Origin: an uncultured Pseudomonadota bacterium
Lineage (GTDB): Bacteria > Pseudomonadota > Gammaproteobacteria > Natronospirales > CAVUBB01
Reading direction: 5' to 3'
DNA: 64,000 bases
Assembly: GCA_963739695.1 (NCBI GenBank)
Contig: CAVUBB010000005.1
Span: 4,342-68,341, forward strand
A program made the position numbers and the translations under genes. Within the stretch, counting starts at the first letter, position 1. Each line of letters opens with the position of its first letter. Below the pieces are notes generated by a model that was not told the origin of the DNA, searched no databases, and saw only the letters and a program-made list of their open reading frames with translations. Positions 51,099-58,719 of this stretch are shown one piece after another.

Positions 51099-52490
51099 AT
51101 GAAACAGACAATCGAGTTCAACCGGGAGCTGGTCAAGCGCTACGACGTTCAGGGGCCTCGTTATACGTCGTATCCCACTGCCGTGCAGTTCACCGAAGAT
51201 TTCGGGCTCAAGGACTACCGCCATCACGCGCATGTCAGCAACGAGGTGCCCATACCCGACCCGCTGTCGGTGTATATCCATATCCCGTTCTGCCGCAGCC
51301 CGTGCTTCTACTGCGCCTGCACCAAGATCATCACCCGCGATTCGGCCAAGGCCGAAGCCTACCTGCAGGGGCTGTACCGCGAGATCGCCATGCAGGCGGC
51401 GCTGTTCGACCCCGACCGCAGCGTGGATCAGCTCCATCTCGGCGGCGGCACCCCCACCTTCCTGGGGCTGCGCCAGTTGAGCGAGCTCATGTCCACCCTG
51501 GACAAGCACTTCAACCTGCGCGAAGACGAAGGCCGCGAGTTCTCCATCGAGATCGACCCGCGCACCGTCTCCGAAGAGACCATCGCGCTGCTCGCCGGGC
51601 TCGGTTTCAACCGCATGAGCGTGGGCGTGCAGGATTTCGCGCCCGAAGTGCAGCAGGCCGTGAACCGCGTGCAGCCGGAAGACGACACCGTGGCGGTCAT
51701 GGAGCAGGCGCGCCATTACGGCTTCGAATCGGTCAGCGTAGACCTTATCTATGGCCTGCCGTTCCAGACCGAGACCGGCTTCGACAACACCATCGGCTCG
51801 GTTATCCAGGCCAAGCCCGATCGCATCGCGGTCTACAGCTACGCGCACCTGCCGCAGCTCTTTAAGCCGCAGCGCCAGATCAAGGCCGAAGACCTGCCCA
51901 CCCCGGAGGTCAAGCTGGAACTGCTGCGCCTGACCATCGAGAAGCTCACCGCGGCGGGCTACGTCTATATCGGCATGGATCACTTCGCCCTGCCCGATGA
52001 CGAACTCGTGATCGCCCAGCGAAAGGGCACCCTGCAGCGCAACTTCCAGGGCTATTCCACCCACGCCCAGACCGACCTCATCGGCCTGGGAGTGAGCGCC
52101 ATCGGCAAGATCGGCGATTCCTACAGCCAGAACCTCAAATCTCTGCCGGACTACTATTCGGCCCTCGATGCCGGCCAACTGCCCATCTGGCGCGGGCTCG
52201 AACTCAACGCCGACGATATCCTCCGCCGCGAGGTCATCCAGCAGATCATGTGCCAGGGCGAGCTGGACTACAGCAAGGTTGGCAGCCGCTTCCAGATCCA
52301 GTTCAAGGACTACTTCGCCGACGAGCTCACCCGGCTCGAACCGCTGCGCGAAGACGGGCTGGTCAAGCTCGAGCCCGGCCGGCTCGAAGTAACCCCCGCC
52401 GGGCGCTTGCTGCTCCGGGCCGTGGCCATGGTCTTCGACGCCTATCTCAATAAGAACGGGAACGTCGAACGATTCTCGAAGGTGATCTGA
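51099..52490 (+). CDS. hemN: oxygen-independent coproporphyrinogen III oxidase (radical SAM)
   Basis: MKQTIEFNRELVKRYDVQGPRYTSYPTA...YIHIPFCRSPCFYCAC...HLGGGTPTFL. Confidence 0.9.
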   Translation: MKQTIEFNRELVKRYDVQGPRYTSYPTAVQFTEDFGLKDYRHHAHVSNEVPIPDPLSVYIHIPFCRSPCFYCACTKIITRDSAKAEAYLQGLYREIAMQAALFDPDRSVDQLHLGGGTPTFLGLRQLSELMSTLDKHFNLREDEGREFSIEIDPRTVSEETIALLAGLGFNRMSVGVQDFAPEVQQAVNRVQPEDDTVAVMEQARHYGFESVSVDLIYGLPFQTETGFDNTIGSVIQAKPDRIAVYSYAHLPQLFKPQRQIKAEDLPTPEVKLELLRLTIEKLTAAGYVYIGMDHFALPDDELVIAQRKGTLQRNFQGYSTHAQTDLIGLGVSAIGKIGDSYSQNLKSLPDYYSALDAGQLPIWRGLELNADDILRREVIQQIMCQGELDYSKVGSRFQIQFKDYFADELTRLEPLREDGLVKLEPGRLEVTPAGRLLLRAVAMVFDAYLNKNGNVERFSKVI

Positions 52491-52677
52491 GGCAGCACCG
52501 TCCGAGAGGTCGTGCCGGCGATATTGCGATGCGCGGCACGCCGAGGGTAGCGCTACGAGAGGCCGAAGAGGGCCCCCGCTCCAGTGGGAATCTGACCCAT
52601 CGGTGTAGCGCAGGCCTTCTTTCTCTCAAATAGTGCAACGAGAGCCGTATCCGTTTCCAGAATGGTGATTTCCTCAA

Positions 52678-52709
52678 GCCCGTCGGCTCATGCCGGCGGG
52701 CGTTTTCTT
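52678..52709 (+). terminator. candidate Rho-independent terminator about 190 nt after hemN
   Basis: GCCCGTCGGC-tcat-GCCGGCGGGC (10-bp stem with one G-U) followed by GTTTTCTT. Confidence 0.5.
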
Positions 52710-52949
52710 GTGGGCCTTCACCTCCATTCGGGGAGGGGGGCTGACCTTTACCAATCCGTGTCGCAAAATGCCCGCGGCGCATGGGCGGGGAGGCTCCGTC
52801 AAGCACCCCAGGGGGCCTTGGAAAGGGTCTAAGTACTTGATTGGGTTAGGTACGTAGTCCACTACGTATAAGTACGTATATTGGTCTAAGTATCCCTTGG
52901 GTAAGGTGTGCCCACGGTCCATTGGGGGGCCAATCAGCGGAGAGTACCG

Positions 52950-53693
52950 ATGATGCAGCAGCAGACCTCTAAAGTCGTGGATTTTGGCGCGCTGCGCCAT
53001 GCCTGCAGCACCTGCTCGCTAAGCGAGCTGTGTGTCGCCATGGGCCTGGACAAGGCGGGCATGGAACAGCTCGACTCCGTCGTCGAGCAATCGGGCCCCC
53101 TCCACGCCGAGGAGCACCTGTTCCGCGTGGGCGACCGCTTCCGTGCGGTCTATGCGGTGCGCTCCGGCTGCCTCAAGACCTACACCGTCGACAGCCTGGG
53201 CCGCGAGCAGGTCCTGGGCTTTCACCTCCCGGGCGAGCTGGTGGGGCTGGATGCGATCTACCCCAATCGCCACCGCTGCAACGGGGTTTCCCTCGATACC
53301 TCCTCGGTCTGCGTCCTGCCCTATGCGGAGCTGAACCGCCTGGCGCATGAGATTCCGAGCCTGCAGCAGCAGATCTTCAGGCTCATGAGCAAGGATATCG
53401 CCAATTCCTCCATGCTCTCGGGCGATTACACCGCCGAAGAGCGCCTGGCCAGCTTCCTGCTGGGCATGTCGCAGCGCCTGCGCCGCCGCGGCTATTCGGA
53501 AACTGATTTCAACCTGGCCATGTCGCGCCGCGATATCGCCAATTACCTGCGTCTCGCCACGGAGACGGTGAGCCGGGTGTTCAAGCGCTTCCAGCTCGAC
53601 GGCCTGATCAAGGTCGAGCGCCGGGCTATCCAGATATTGGATATGGAGCGGTTGAAGGAGATGGCGAGTTGTATTGGGGCGTTTGATGCCTGA
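52950..53693 (+). CDS. fnr: FNR/Anr-type oxygen-sensing Crp-family regulator
   Basis: N-terminal Cys cluster CSTCSLSELC (C-x2-C-x5-C) plus central NRHRCNG Cys. cNMP-like fold. C-terminal HTH RRDIANYLRLATETVSRVFKRF (E--SR recognition helix). GGAGAG SD 6 nt before ATGATG. Confidence 0.9.
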   Translation: MMQQQTSKVVDFGALRHACSTCSLSELCVAMGLDKAGMEQLDSVVEQSGPLHAEEHLFRVGDRFRAVYAVRSGCLKTYTVDSLGREQVLGFHLPGELVGLDAIYPNRHRCNGVSLDTSSVCVLPYAELNRLAHEIPSLQQQIFRLMSKDIANSSMLSGDYTAEERLASFLLGMSQRLRRRGYSETDFNLAMSRRDIANYLRLATETVSRVFKRFQLDGLIKVERRAIQILDMERLKEMASCIGAFDA

Positions 53694-53764
53694 TTGGGGC
53701 GAGACTGCGTCTCGCGCTCGCTAGAAGGTTTGGCGCTTGCCGCGCCAGGGCTGATTTAGGAAAA

Positions 53765-53793
53765 AGCCTCCGCTGGAAAGCGGGGGCTTTTTT
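53765..53793 (+). terminator. Rho-independent terminator after fnr
   Basis: AGCCTCCGC-tggaaa-GCGGGGGCT stem (one G-U) followed by T6 and preceded by A5. Confidence 0.7.
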
Positions 53794-53832
53794 GTTTGGA
53801 GGTTTCGCTCGCCCCTTCGGGGCTTTCAGCGA

Positions 53833-53866
53833 CCTACTTTCCTTTGCGCCGCCAAAGGAAAGTAGG
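53833..53866. repeat. perfect 14-bp-stem hairpin in a GC-rich ORF-poor stretch
   Basis: CCTACTTTCCTTTG-cgccgc-CAAAGGAAAGTAGG. Confidence 0.5.
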
Positions 53867-54299
53867 CAAAGGAAAGGCGGCCCCGGAGGCGGCGCGCTTG
53901 CTTCCGGCTTCGCCTCCAGCGCGTTCCCGGCCGTGCTCGCGTCCTCGCGGCCGCCCATACAGGCCATCCCTGGCCTGGATGGGCGGGCTTCGGCATCCCT
54001 GCCTCGCCCGCACCTGCGGTGCGGCTATTCGCTCCGGGCGCTGCGCTGTCCGGCGCCGTCTACGGGCGGGGGGGCAGTGCCCGACGCTCGGTTCTCTTAG
54101 TTCTCTTAGCGATGCCTACACCCAGGAACCCGGATTCCAGGCGATGTCGCAAAGTTCACTCCTCTCGAATGTGTCTGGGGTGGTCAACTGCTCCATTTCA
54201 ATGCAGGGGGAAAATTGATGACCGCGGGAGATCAAGCCTAGTATCAGTTTTCGCCCCTGGAAACCCGACTCCGCGTTAAGCGAAGGGTAGTCCAATACG

Positions 54300-54485
54300 G
54301 TGGGCGCAAGATAAAGGTGGCGGAAGGCCCCTCAACATCAGGTGTGTGAGCCAGTATGGACTGGCTCTCAACTAATCGGGAGTTCCGAACATAAGTTTAG
54401 GCGAATCCCGAATAGTGAGCGCGCTAGAGCAAGCCCGAGCGCAAGCGTAATCTTGGCGCCTTCCGCCAAAAGTAGTATTGCCGAA
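54300..54485 (-). ncRNA. candidate structured non-coding RNA immediately 3' of the second RT gene
   Basis: No credible ORF between 54110 and 54485. An 11-bp long-range pairing (54318-54328 TGGCGGAAGGC with 54458-54468 GCCTTCCGCCA) encloses nested hairpins: 54348-54367 GAGCCAGT-atgg-ACTGGCTC (perfect 8 bp) and 54376-54410 CGGGA...TCCCG. Strand is assumed from the RT operon. Confidence 0.4.
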
Positions 54486-56537
54486 CTAGTACACCGAACG
54501 CAATTCCTTTCTCTCAAGTAGCTTCCGCAAATTGAGTGCCTTCCATTTTACAAACCAATATGTCGACTCCAGTCGGGAAATGTCCGCAGTTATCTGCTCT
54601 GCGCTTACAGGATCGCTGCTCATTGGGAATGCCTTATAGAATGACTCGAGAAGCCGGCACCGGAGTGCCTCACTAAGGTACGGGCAGGTTATTGTATCTA
54701 GAAAAAGATGAGCCAGTTCCGAATCCGTCTCAAGGTCATGCATGTTTTTATCAGATAATCTTCTAGCAATGACCTTTTCTAGCGATTTCACCAATTCGCC
54801 ATAGTCCGACTTATCTTGAAAGTAATAAATAAACGCAACCAAGTGAAAATAGCTAAGCTGTTCTTCCTTAGAAAGCCAGTCACTAAACCAAGAACTTGGC
54901 ATTGCGTGAGAGGCGCCAAAATCGGCGGTAGCAATGATAATATTCAGTGTCTCCAAGGCGATATACTTATCATCGACCACCGGCGACTTATGGTGTTCGA
55001 TAAACTTCGCAACATTGCGTATGATTTCTGCCCGTATATAGGGCTGCGATGCGTTAAAACTGCGTCCAAAAAATTCGTCAACTATAAGTATAGTCTTTGA
55101 TATTTTCGTAGAGCTCTCTGGCCTTGGGCTAACGAAGTGCAAGAAAAACATTAGATCCAAGTAGACGCATATTACGTCCCTAACCGCATATTCTAGTGTG
55201 TCATCATCTATCCATTTAATTCTCTTCCTTGTTGATTCGATAAGCCGAATTATTCGGTGGCTAAAGGCTGCCTGGCAGAGATTGGCTATAGAAGAATATC
55301 CCTCACCGCTTTGGCTTGCGGCTATGCGAATCTGGTCAATGAGGTTCTTCGTAACGGCGGTGCGACGGCCCTTCAAGTGTTTGGGCTCAAGATTGGGTGC
55401 GCCACCGAATCCTTGGTCGCTATCAGACTCACGAAATAGCTTACCTTCAATGTCCTGAATAGCCTTTATTGCGAAGACTCGTGGTCGATTAATTAAGAAG
55501 GGCCGTTCAAATCTTCTGCTTTTCGTTTCGCCGATATGGAGATTGAAGTCGTTTAATTTGTTCTTTATTGCTTCAGTGACTTTCTTGGCCGTCGCATCAT
55601 CTTCGGCAAACAAGAAATAATCATCCATGAAACGTACAACAGAATATTGTTCTCCATGATTAAATCCGTGCTTTTCCAGGACAGCTGTTAGCACCTGTTT
55701 GTCTAGATGCTGGAATATCATCTCAGCGAAAATGCGGCTGACTTCGTTGCCAACTGGTATTCCATTTGTCTCTAGGTAGTTACTCCTTTGCATGAGCTGG
55801 TCTAGTTGGCTTCCGATTTGATTCTTGAACTGTTTATGAAATTTAGCAAATTTCTTCGTCTTGAGCGCCCAAGATATTGAATGGGAGTAGATGGTGTAAA
55901 AACAGCGCATTACATCCAACGTATAGAGCAAAGGATACTTCTTTTCTAGTTCGATAAACTGCTCACTGTCAAAGAATTTATGTAGCCGACTATATTTGTT
56001 GTAGGCGAAATAAGATGACGCATGACGCGACCAAATCTGCTCGTCAAGAGTATCTATGTCGATTTCTTTGTATTGACGCGTAGGGTCTCGTTCCTTCGCG
56101 AAGAAGGAACTGGACACAGATATCGGTGCCCGTATCGAGAATTCACTGTTGCTACACTGCCAAGTTATAGCGGAATAGAAATCTCTATAGAAAAGAGCCC
56201 AGCTTAATTGCGAGTGCGGGTGGAGCAGTGCTAACCGCCTAGTGTCGCCCGTTTTCTTCCATATTCTATAGTGGTGGGGGACTGTATAACGGACCTGCTT
56301 CCCGACGAGGCGTTGTCCTGCATTCGGTGGCTGAACGATTTTCCTGTAAATATGCTGAACGATCTTACTCAAGCGCGTGTCCGTTGGTGCTGGCGTGACT
56401 GATAGTGCCTCGACACGTTGGGCATTGAGGTAAAACCCATCATTCGAGAATATGATTGGAACATCGCCGGGAGCAGTATCGGTCAAGAGAGCGCGGAGGT
56501 AGTCTTTCTTGTCTAGCTGGATTCGGTGTTTGGTCAT
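54486..56537 (-). CDS. reverse transcriptase 2 (large, Abi/UG-type RT with ~330-aa C-terminal extension; UG8/Drt3b-like by architecture)
   Basis: RT blocks: IWKKTGDTRRLALLHPHSQL (fingers), LYTLDVMRCFYTIYSHSI (motif A), GIPVGNEVSRIFAEMIF (motif B), VVRFMDDYFLFAED (YxDD-type motif C), NLHIGETKS (motif D/E). Likely ATG at 56537 overlaps the RT1 stop as ATGA. AT-rich codon usage. Confidence 0.8.
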   Translation of the reverse strand: MTKHRIQLDKKDYLRALLTDTAPGDVPIIFSNDGFYLNAQRVEALSVTPAPTDTRLSKIVQHIYRKIVQPPNAGQRLVGKQVRYTVPHHYRIWKKTGDTRRLALLHPHSQLSWALFYRDFYSAITWQCSNSEFSIRAPISVSSSFFAKERDPTRQYKEIDIDTLDEQIWSRHASSYFAYNKYSRLHKFFDSEQFIELEKKYPLLYTLDVMRCFYTIYSHSISWALKTKKFAKFHKQFKNQIGSQLDQLMQRSNYLETNGIPVGNEVSRIFAEMIFQHLDKQVLTAVLEKHGFNHGEQYSVVRFMDDYFLFAEDDATAKKVTEAIKNKLNDFNLHIGETKSRRFERPFLINRPRVFAIKAIQDIEGKLFRESDSDQGFGGAPNLEPKHLKGRRTAVTKNLIDQIRIAASQSGEGYSSIANLCQAAFSHRIIRLIESTRKRIKWIDDDTLEYAVRDVICVYLDLMFFLHFVSPRPESSTKISKTILIVDEFFGRSFNASQPYIRAEIIRNVAKFIEHHKSPVVDDKYIALETLNIIIATADFGASHAMPSSWFSDWLSKEEQLSYFHLVAFIYYFQDKSDYGELVKSLEKVIARRLSDKNMHDLETDSELAHLFLDTITCPYLSEALRCRLLESFYKAFPMSSDPVSAEQITADISRLESTYWFVKWKALNLRKLLERKELRSVY

Positions 56538-57811
56538 CGCCAAATCCTCGCAATCTCGTGAAGCCGTGATGGACTGAATTTGCGGCGGATACGCATCTGA
56601 AACCCAGTCACGAACCGGAGGTTGGTTAGTGACTGGCGCTGTCCTGATGTGAGGGAACCTCTCAGAGCTTTGCCAAGACGGCCATGAAGGCCGAGGATGA
56701 AGCAGCGAGTGAATTTGTCTAGCTCCCGGAGAGCCTGCGACCTACTTCCTATTGCGGCGTAGTTATAGTAGATGCCCGCAGAAATAGGCCTACTATCTCT
56801 TTTAGATTTTACGTATCTATTACTAGTTAGAAAAGCCAACCTGTCAAACAACAGATCGTAGTCTCTATTCTTTAGGTAGGCAGAGAAAGACTGCGCAATT
56901 CTGGTTTTAATCTTACGAACTTTGTCGGGTGAAATATCTACATCGACGTAGCGGAATGATGCCAGCGATTGTTTTTTGGAGCTCGCGATATCGAATACAG
57001 TGTATTGGTAGCCAAGAAAACTTACTTGTAGTTTCCTGTCTCCTTCGGGATGGGTAAGAGTGACAGATTGATTGTCCGCTCTGGCTGTTAAGGTTTTCTC
57101 AGTATTAAAGTGCAGTCCAGTAGGTAAATTATCTTCCAGGTGCGTATGGAAATCTTGGTGTCTCTCATTCCCGGTTGTCATGATGAAAATATCGTCAACG
57201 AAGCGCGTGTAGTAAAGCACCCCTTGCTGTCGCACAGCCGCCCGGTCAAATTTAGAGAGTAGTAGATCAGCTAGCATGGGGCTTGTTTCGACGCCTCGCG
57301 GTAGACCGGGTCCAAACAGGCTTTGAAACAGTGAGGTATGAGTAAGAAGTAGCCGCGCGGCATGAGAACCAATAGAACTATGCTGTTGGAGGAGGTGCCG
57401 CAAGCATGAGAGTTGAATAGATTCGAAGAAGTTGCGTATATCAAGACGGTATACGCGGTATTGCGTACCCTCTCGCAGGAAGGTCGATATCTCCCTCGCA
57501 ATATCATTTCGATGCTTATGTGGATGGCATATTGCGTAGCGGAGATGTTCGTTGCAGAGCCTTAGTACGAGTTTCTCAGATAAAGTCGTAACACGGTATG
57601 CAGCTTTTCCAGAGATTCTAGTCTGTTCCAAACTTATCCCAGAACCAAACAATGTTTCCGCCGTGTTGAGCGCCCTCTCGACAACCTGGCCGCGATAGGT
57701 GTCGTCACTGAGCCGTGAGTCGTGATAGAAATCGTCGTCTATGAAGCATCTAGCCAAATTAGAGTAGCTGAAGGATTGGTTCTTCATGGCTATTGTGCAG
57801 GTCCCTTCCAT
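56534..57811 (-). CDS. reverse transcriptase 1 (compact RT; UG3/Drt3a-like by architecture)
   Basis: LSEKLVLRLCNEHL (motif 2), YRLDIRNFFESI (motif A), GLPRGVETSPMLADLLL (motif B), YTRFVDDIFIM (motif C), LHFNTEKT, SFLGYQY (motif 7). 425 aa. An alternative ATG is at 57787. Confidence 0.85.
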   Translation of the reverse strand: MEGTCTIAMKNQSFSYSNLARCFIDDDFYHDSRLSDDTYRGQVVERALNTAETLFGSGISLEQTRISGKAAYRVTTLSEKLVLRLCNEHLRYAICHPHKHRNDIAREISTFLREGTQYRVYRLDIRNFFESIQLSCLRHLLQQHSSIGSHAARLLLTHTSLFQSLFGPGLPRGVETSPMLADLLLSKFDRAAVRQQGVLYYTRFVDDIFIMTTGNERHQDFHTHLEDNLPTGLHFNTEKTLTARADNQSVTLTHPEGDRKLQVSFLGYQYTVFDIASSKKQSLASFRYVDVDISPDKVRKIKTRIAQSFSAYLKNRDYDLLFDRLAFLTSNRYVKSKRDSRPISAGIYYNYAAIGSRSQALRELDKFTRCFILGLHGRLGKALRGSLTSGQRQSLTNLRFVTGFQMRIRRKFSPSRLHEIARIWR

Positions 57812-57896
57812 GAGTAATTAGTTGGAGTAGAGTATAGTAAAAATATTGTGCTTCGGTGCGCATCGCGCCAGATTAAAGATCTTCCAGAGGATAGTG

Positions 57897-57937
57897 AGCG
57901 TAGGTTGGGCTGACAGAGGAAGTGCAACAACTGGCGC
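57897..57937 (+). repeat. 41-bp repeat family B, copy 1
   Basis: AGCGTAGGTTGGGCTGACAGAGGAAGTGCAACAACTGGCGC. About 35/41 identical to 58301..58341. Confidence 0.7.
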
Positions 57938-57960
57938 ATGATTAGATGCCAAATGAGGGT

Positions 57961-57987
57961 AGATCATGGACATCCATGATGTTCGCC
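57961..57987 (+). repeat. repeat family A core, copy 1 (variant with 1-nt insertion)
   Basis: AGATCATGGACATCCATGATGTTCGCC, 46 nt upstream of the ATG at 58007. Confidence 0.65.
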
Positions 57988-58006
57988 ATTAGGTAAGGAA
58001 GTCAGA

Positions 58007-58198
58007 ATGACAACGAAAAGGCGCATTCTCATCTTTTTGGCAACTCTTACATTCTTCGCTTTATCGATTCTGTTTGGTCTACACACCAAATATGGAGACC
58101 CATGGGGTACACCGGGGACGGATTGGGGGCGAGTGATCTTATCAGGGGTGTTCGGTTTAGCTGGGGTGGGGTCCTTCTTCCTGGCATTGGGCCGGTGA
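58007..58198 (+). CDS. small two-TM membrane protein (hypothetical)
   Basis: 63 aa: ILIFLATLTFFALSILFGL...VILSGVFGLAGVGSFFLAL. Good SD (AAGGAAG) 7 nt upstream. Confidence 0.5.
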   Translation: MTTKRRILIFLATLTFFALSILFGLHTKYGDPWGTPGTDWGRVILSGVFGLAGVGSFFLALGR

Positions 58199-58300
58199 CG
58201 AATGTAGCTCTCGACACCCACTATCTGCATTGCAGCGGGTCGGAAGCGGATATTTGGGGTCAGAGTAAAAACTCTAGGGTGCAGGAGATGCGCTGCTAGC

Positions 58301-58341
58301 AGCGTAGGTTGGGCTGACGGAGGAGGCCCAACAATTGGCGC
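58301..58341 (+). repeat. 41-bp repeat family B, copy 2
   Basis: AGCGTAGGTTGGGCTGACGGAGGAGGCCCAACAATTGGCGC. Contains the hairpin GGTTGGGC-N11-GCCCAACa. Confidence 0.7.
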
Positions 58342-58405
58342 TAGAATACAAGCCTTTCTAGCCACGTGCGCCGGCATGGGATTGGGGATGGATACATTAG
58401 ACAAT

Positions 58406-58462
58406 AGATCTGGACACCCATTACTCTCAAAGGCTCCGAAAGAGAGCTAAGTGACTGATTGG
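58406..58462 (+). repeat. repeat family A, long (57-bp) copy 2
   Basis: AGATCTGGACACCCATTACTCTCAAAGGCTCCGAAAGAGAGCTAAGTGACTGATTGG, identical to 58619..58675. Confidence 0.85.
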
Positions 58463-58586
58463 GGCATGATTTCAGTGGGGTGATGGCTGATCGGGGTCGG
58501 ATCAGCATAAGTAGCCACATCTGGGCTTCGCTCAATATCATTAAGGGTGCTGAGGTCCGGTCTCGCCAGAAGTCGAGGTACGAGAT

Positions 58587-58612
58587 AGATCTGGACACCC
58601 ATAATTCTCGAA
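58587..58612 (+). repeat. repeat family A core, copy 3
   Basis: AGATCTGGACACCCATAATTCTCGAA, directly abutting copy 4. Confidence 0.75.
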
Positions 58613-58618
58613 TGGGCT

Positions 58619-58675
58619 AGATCTGGACACCCATTACTCTCAAAGGCTCCGAAAGAGAGCTAAGTGACTGATTGG
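58619..58675 (+). repeat. repeat family A, long (57-bp) copy 4
   Basis: Identical 57-mer to 58406..58462. Confidence 0.85.
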
Positions 58676-58719
58676 CGGCATAATGAATAGGATTGGGGAA
58701 CAGGGTAGGGAGCCCCGGA

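Noticed and set aside
47682-52178. Several 250-370-aa ORFs opposite or out of frame with ccoP, ccoO, ccoN and hemN (e.g. 47682..48572, 47869..48759, 49203..49967, 49968..50762, 51054..52178, 51032..51865)
   Set aside because: These are shadow or alternate-frame ORFs of strongly supported genes, with Arg/Pro/Gly/Ala-rich composition.
52447-53000. 119-aa and 108-aa minus-strand ORFs between hemN and fnr
   Set aside because: They have no similarity features, overlap the terminator hairpin and the AT-rich promoter-like segment, and lie antisense to the flow of both flanking genes.
54019-54279. 86-aa plus-strand ORF in the RT-operon tail
   Set aside because: It spans the GC-rich relic and the structured tail, has no SD and has an odd composition. 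The region is better explained as non-coding.
56534-57811. Retron interpretation of RT1 (it contains a VTG tripeptide, LRFVTGF)
   Set aside because: The VTG is far C-terminal of the palm rather than in the retron-specific position after motif 7. No msr/msd-like a1/a2 inverted repeats were seen upstream. A second, different RT gene is fused in an operon, which is not a retron layout.
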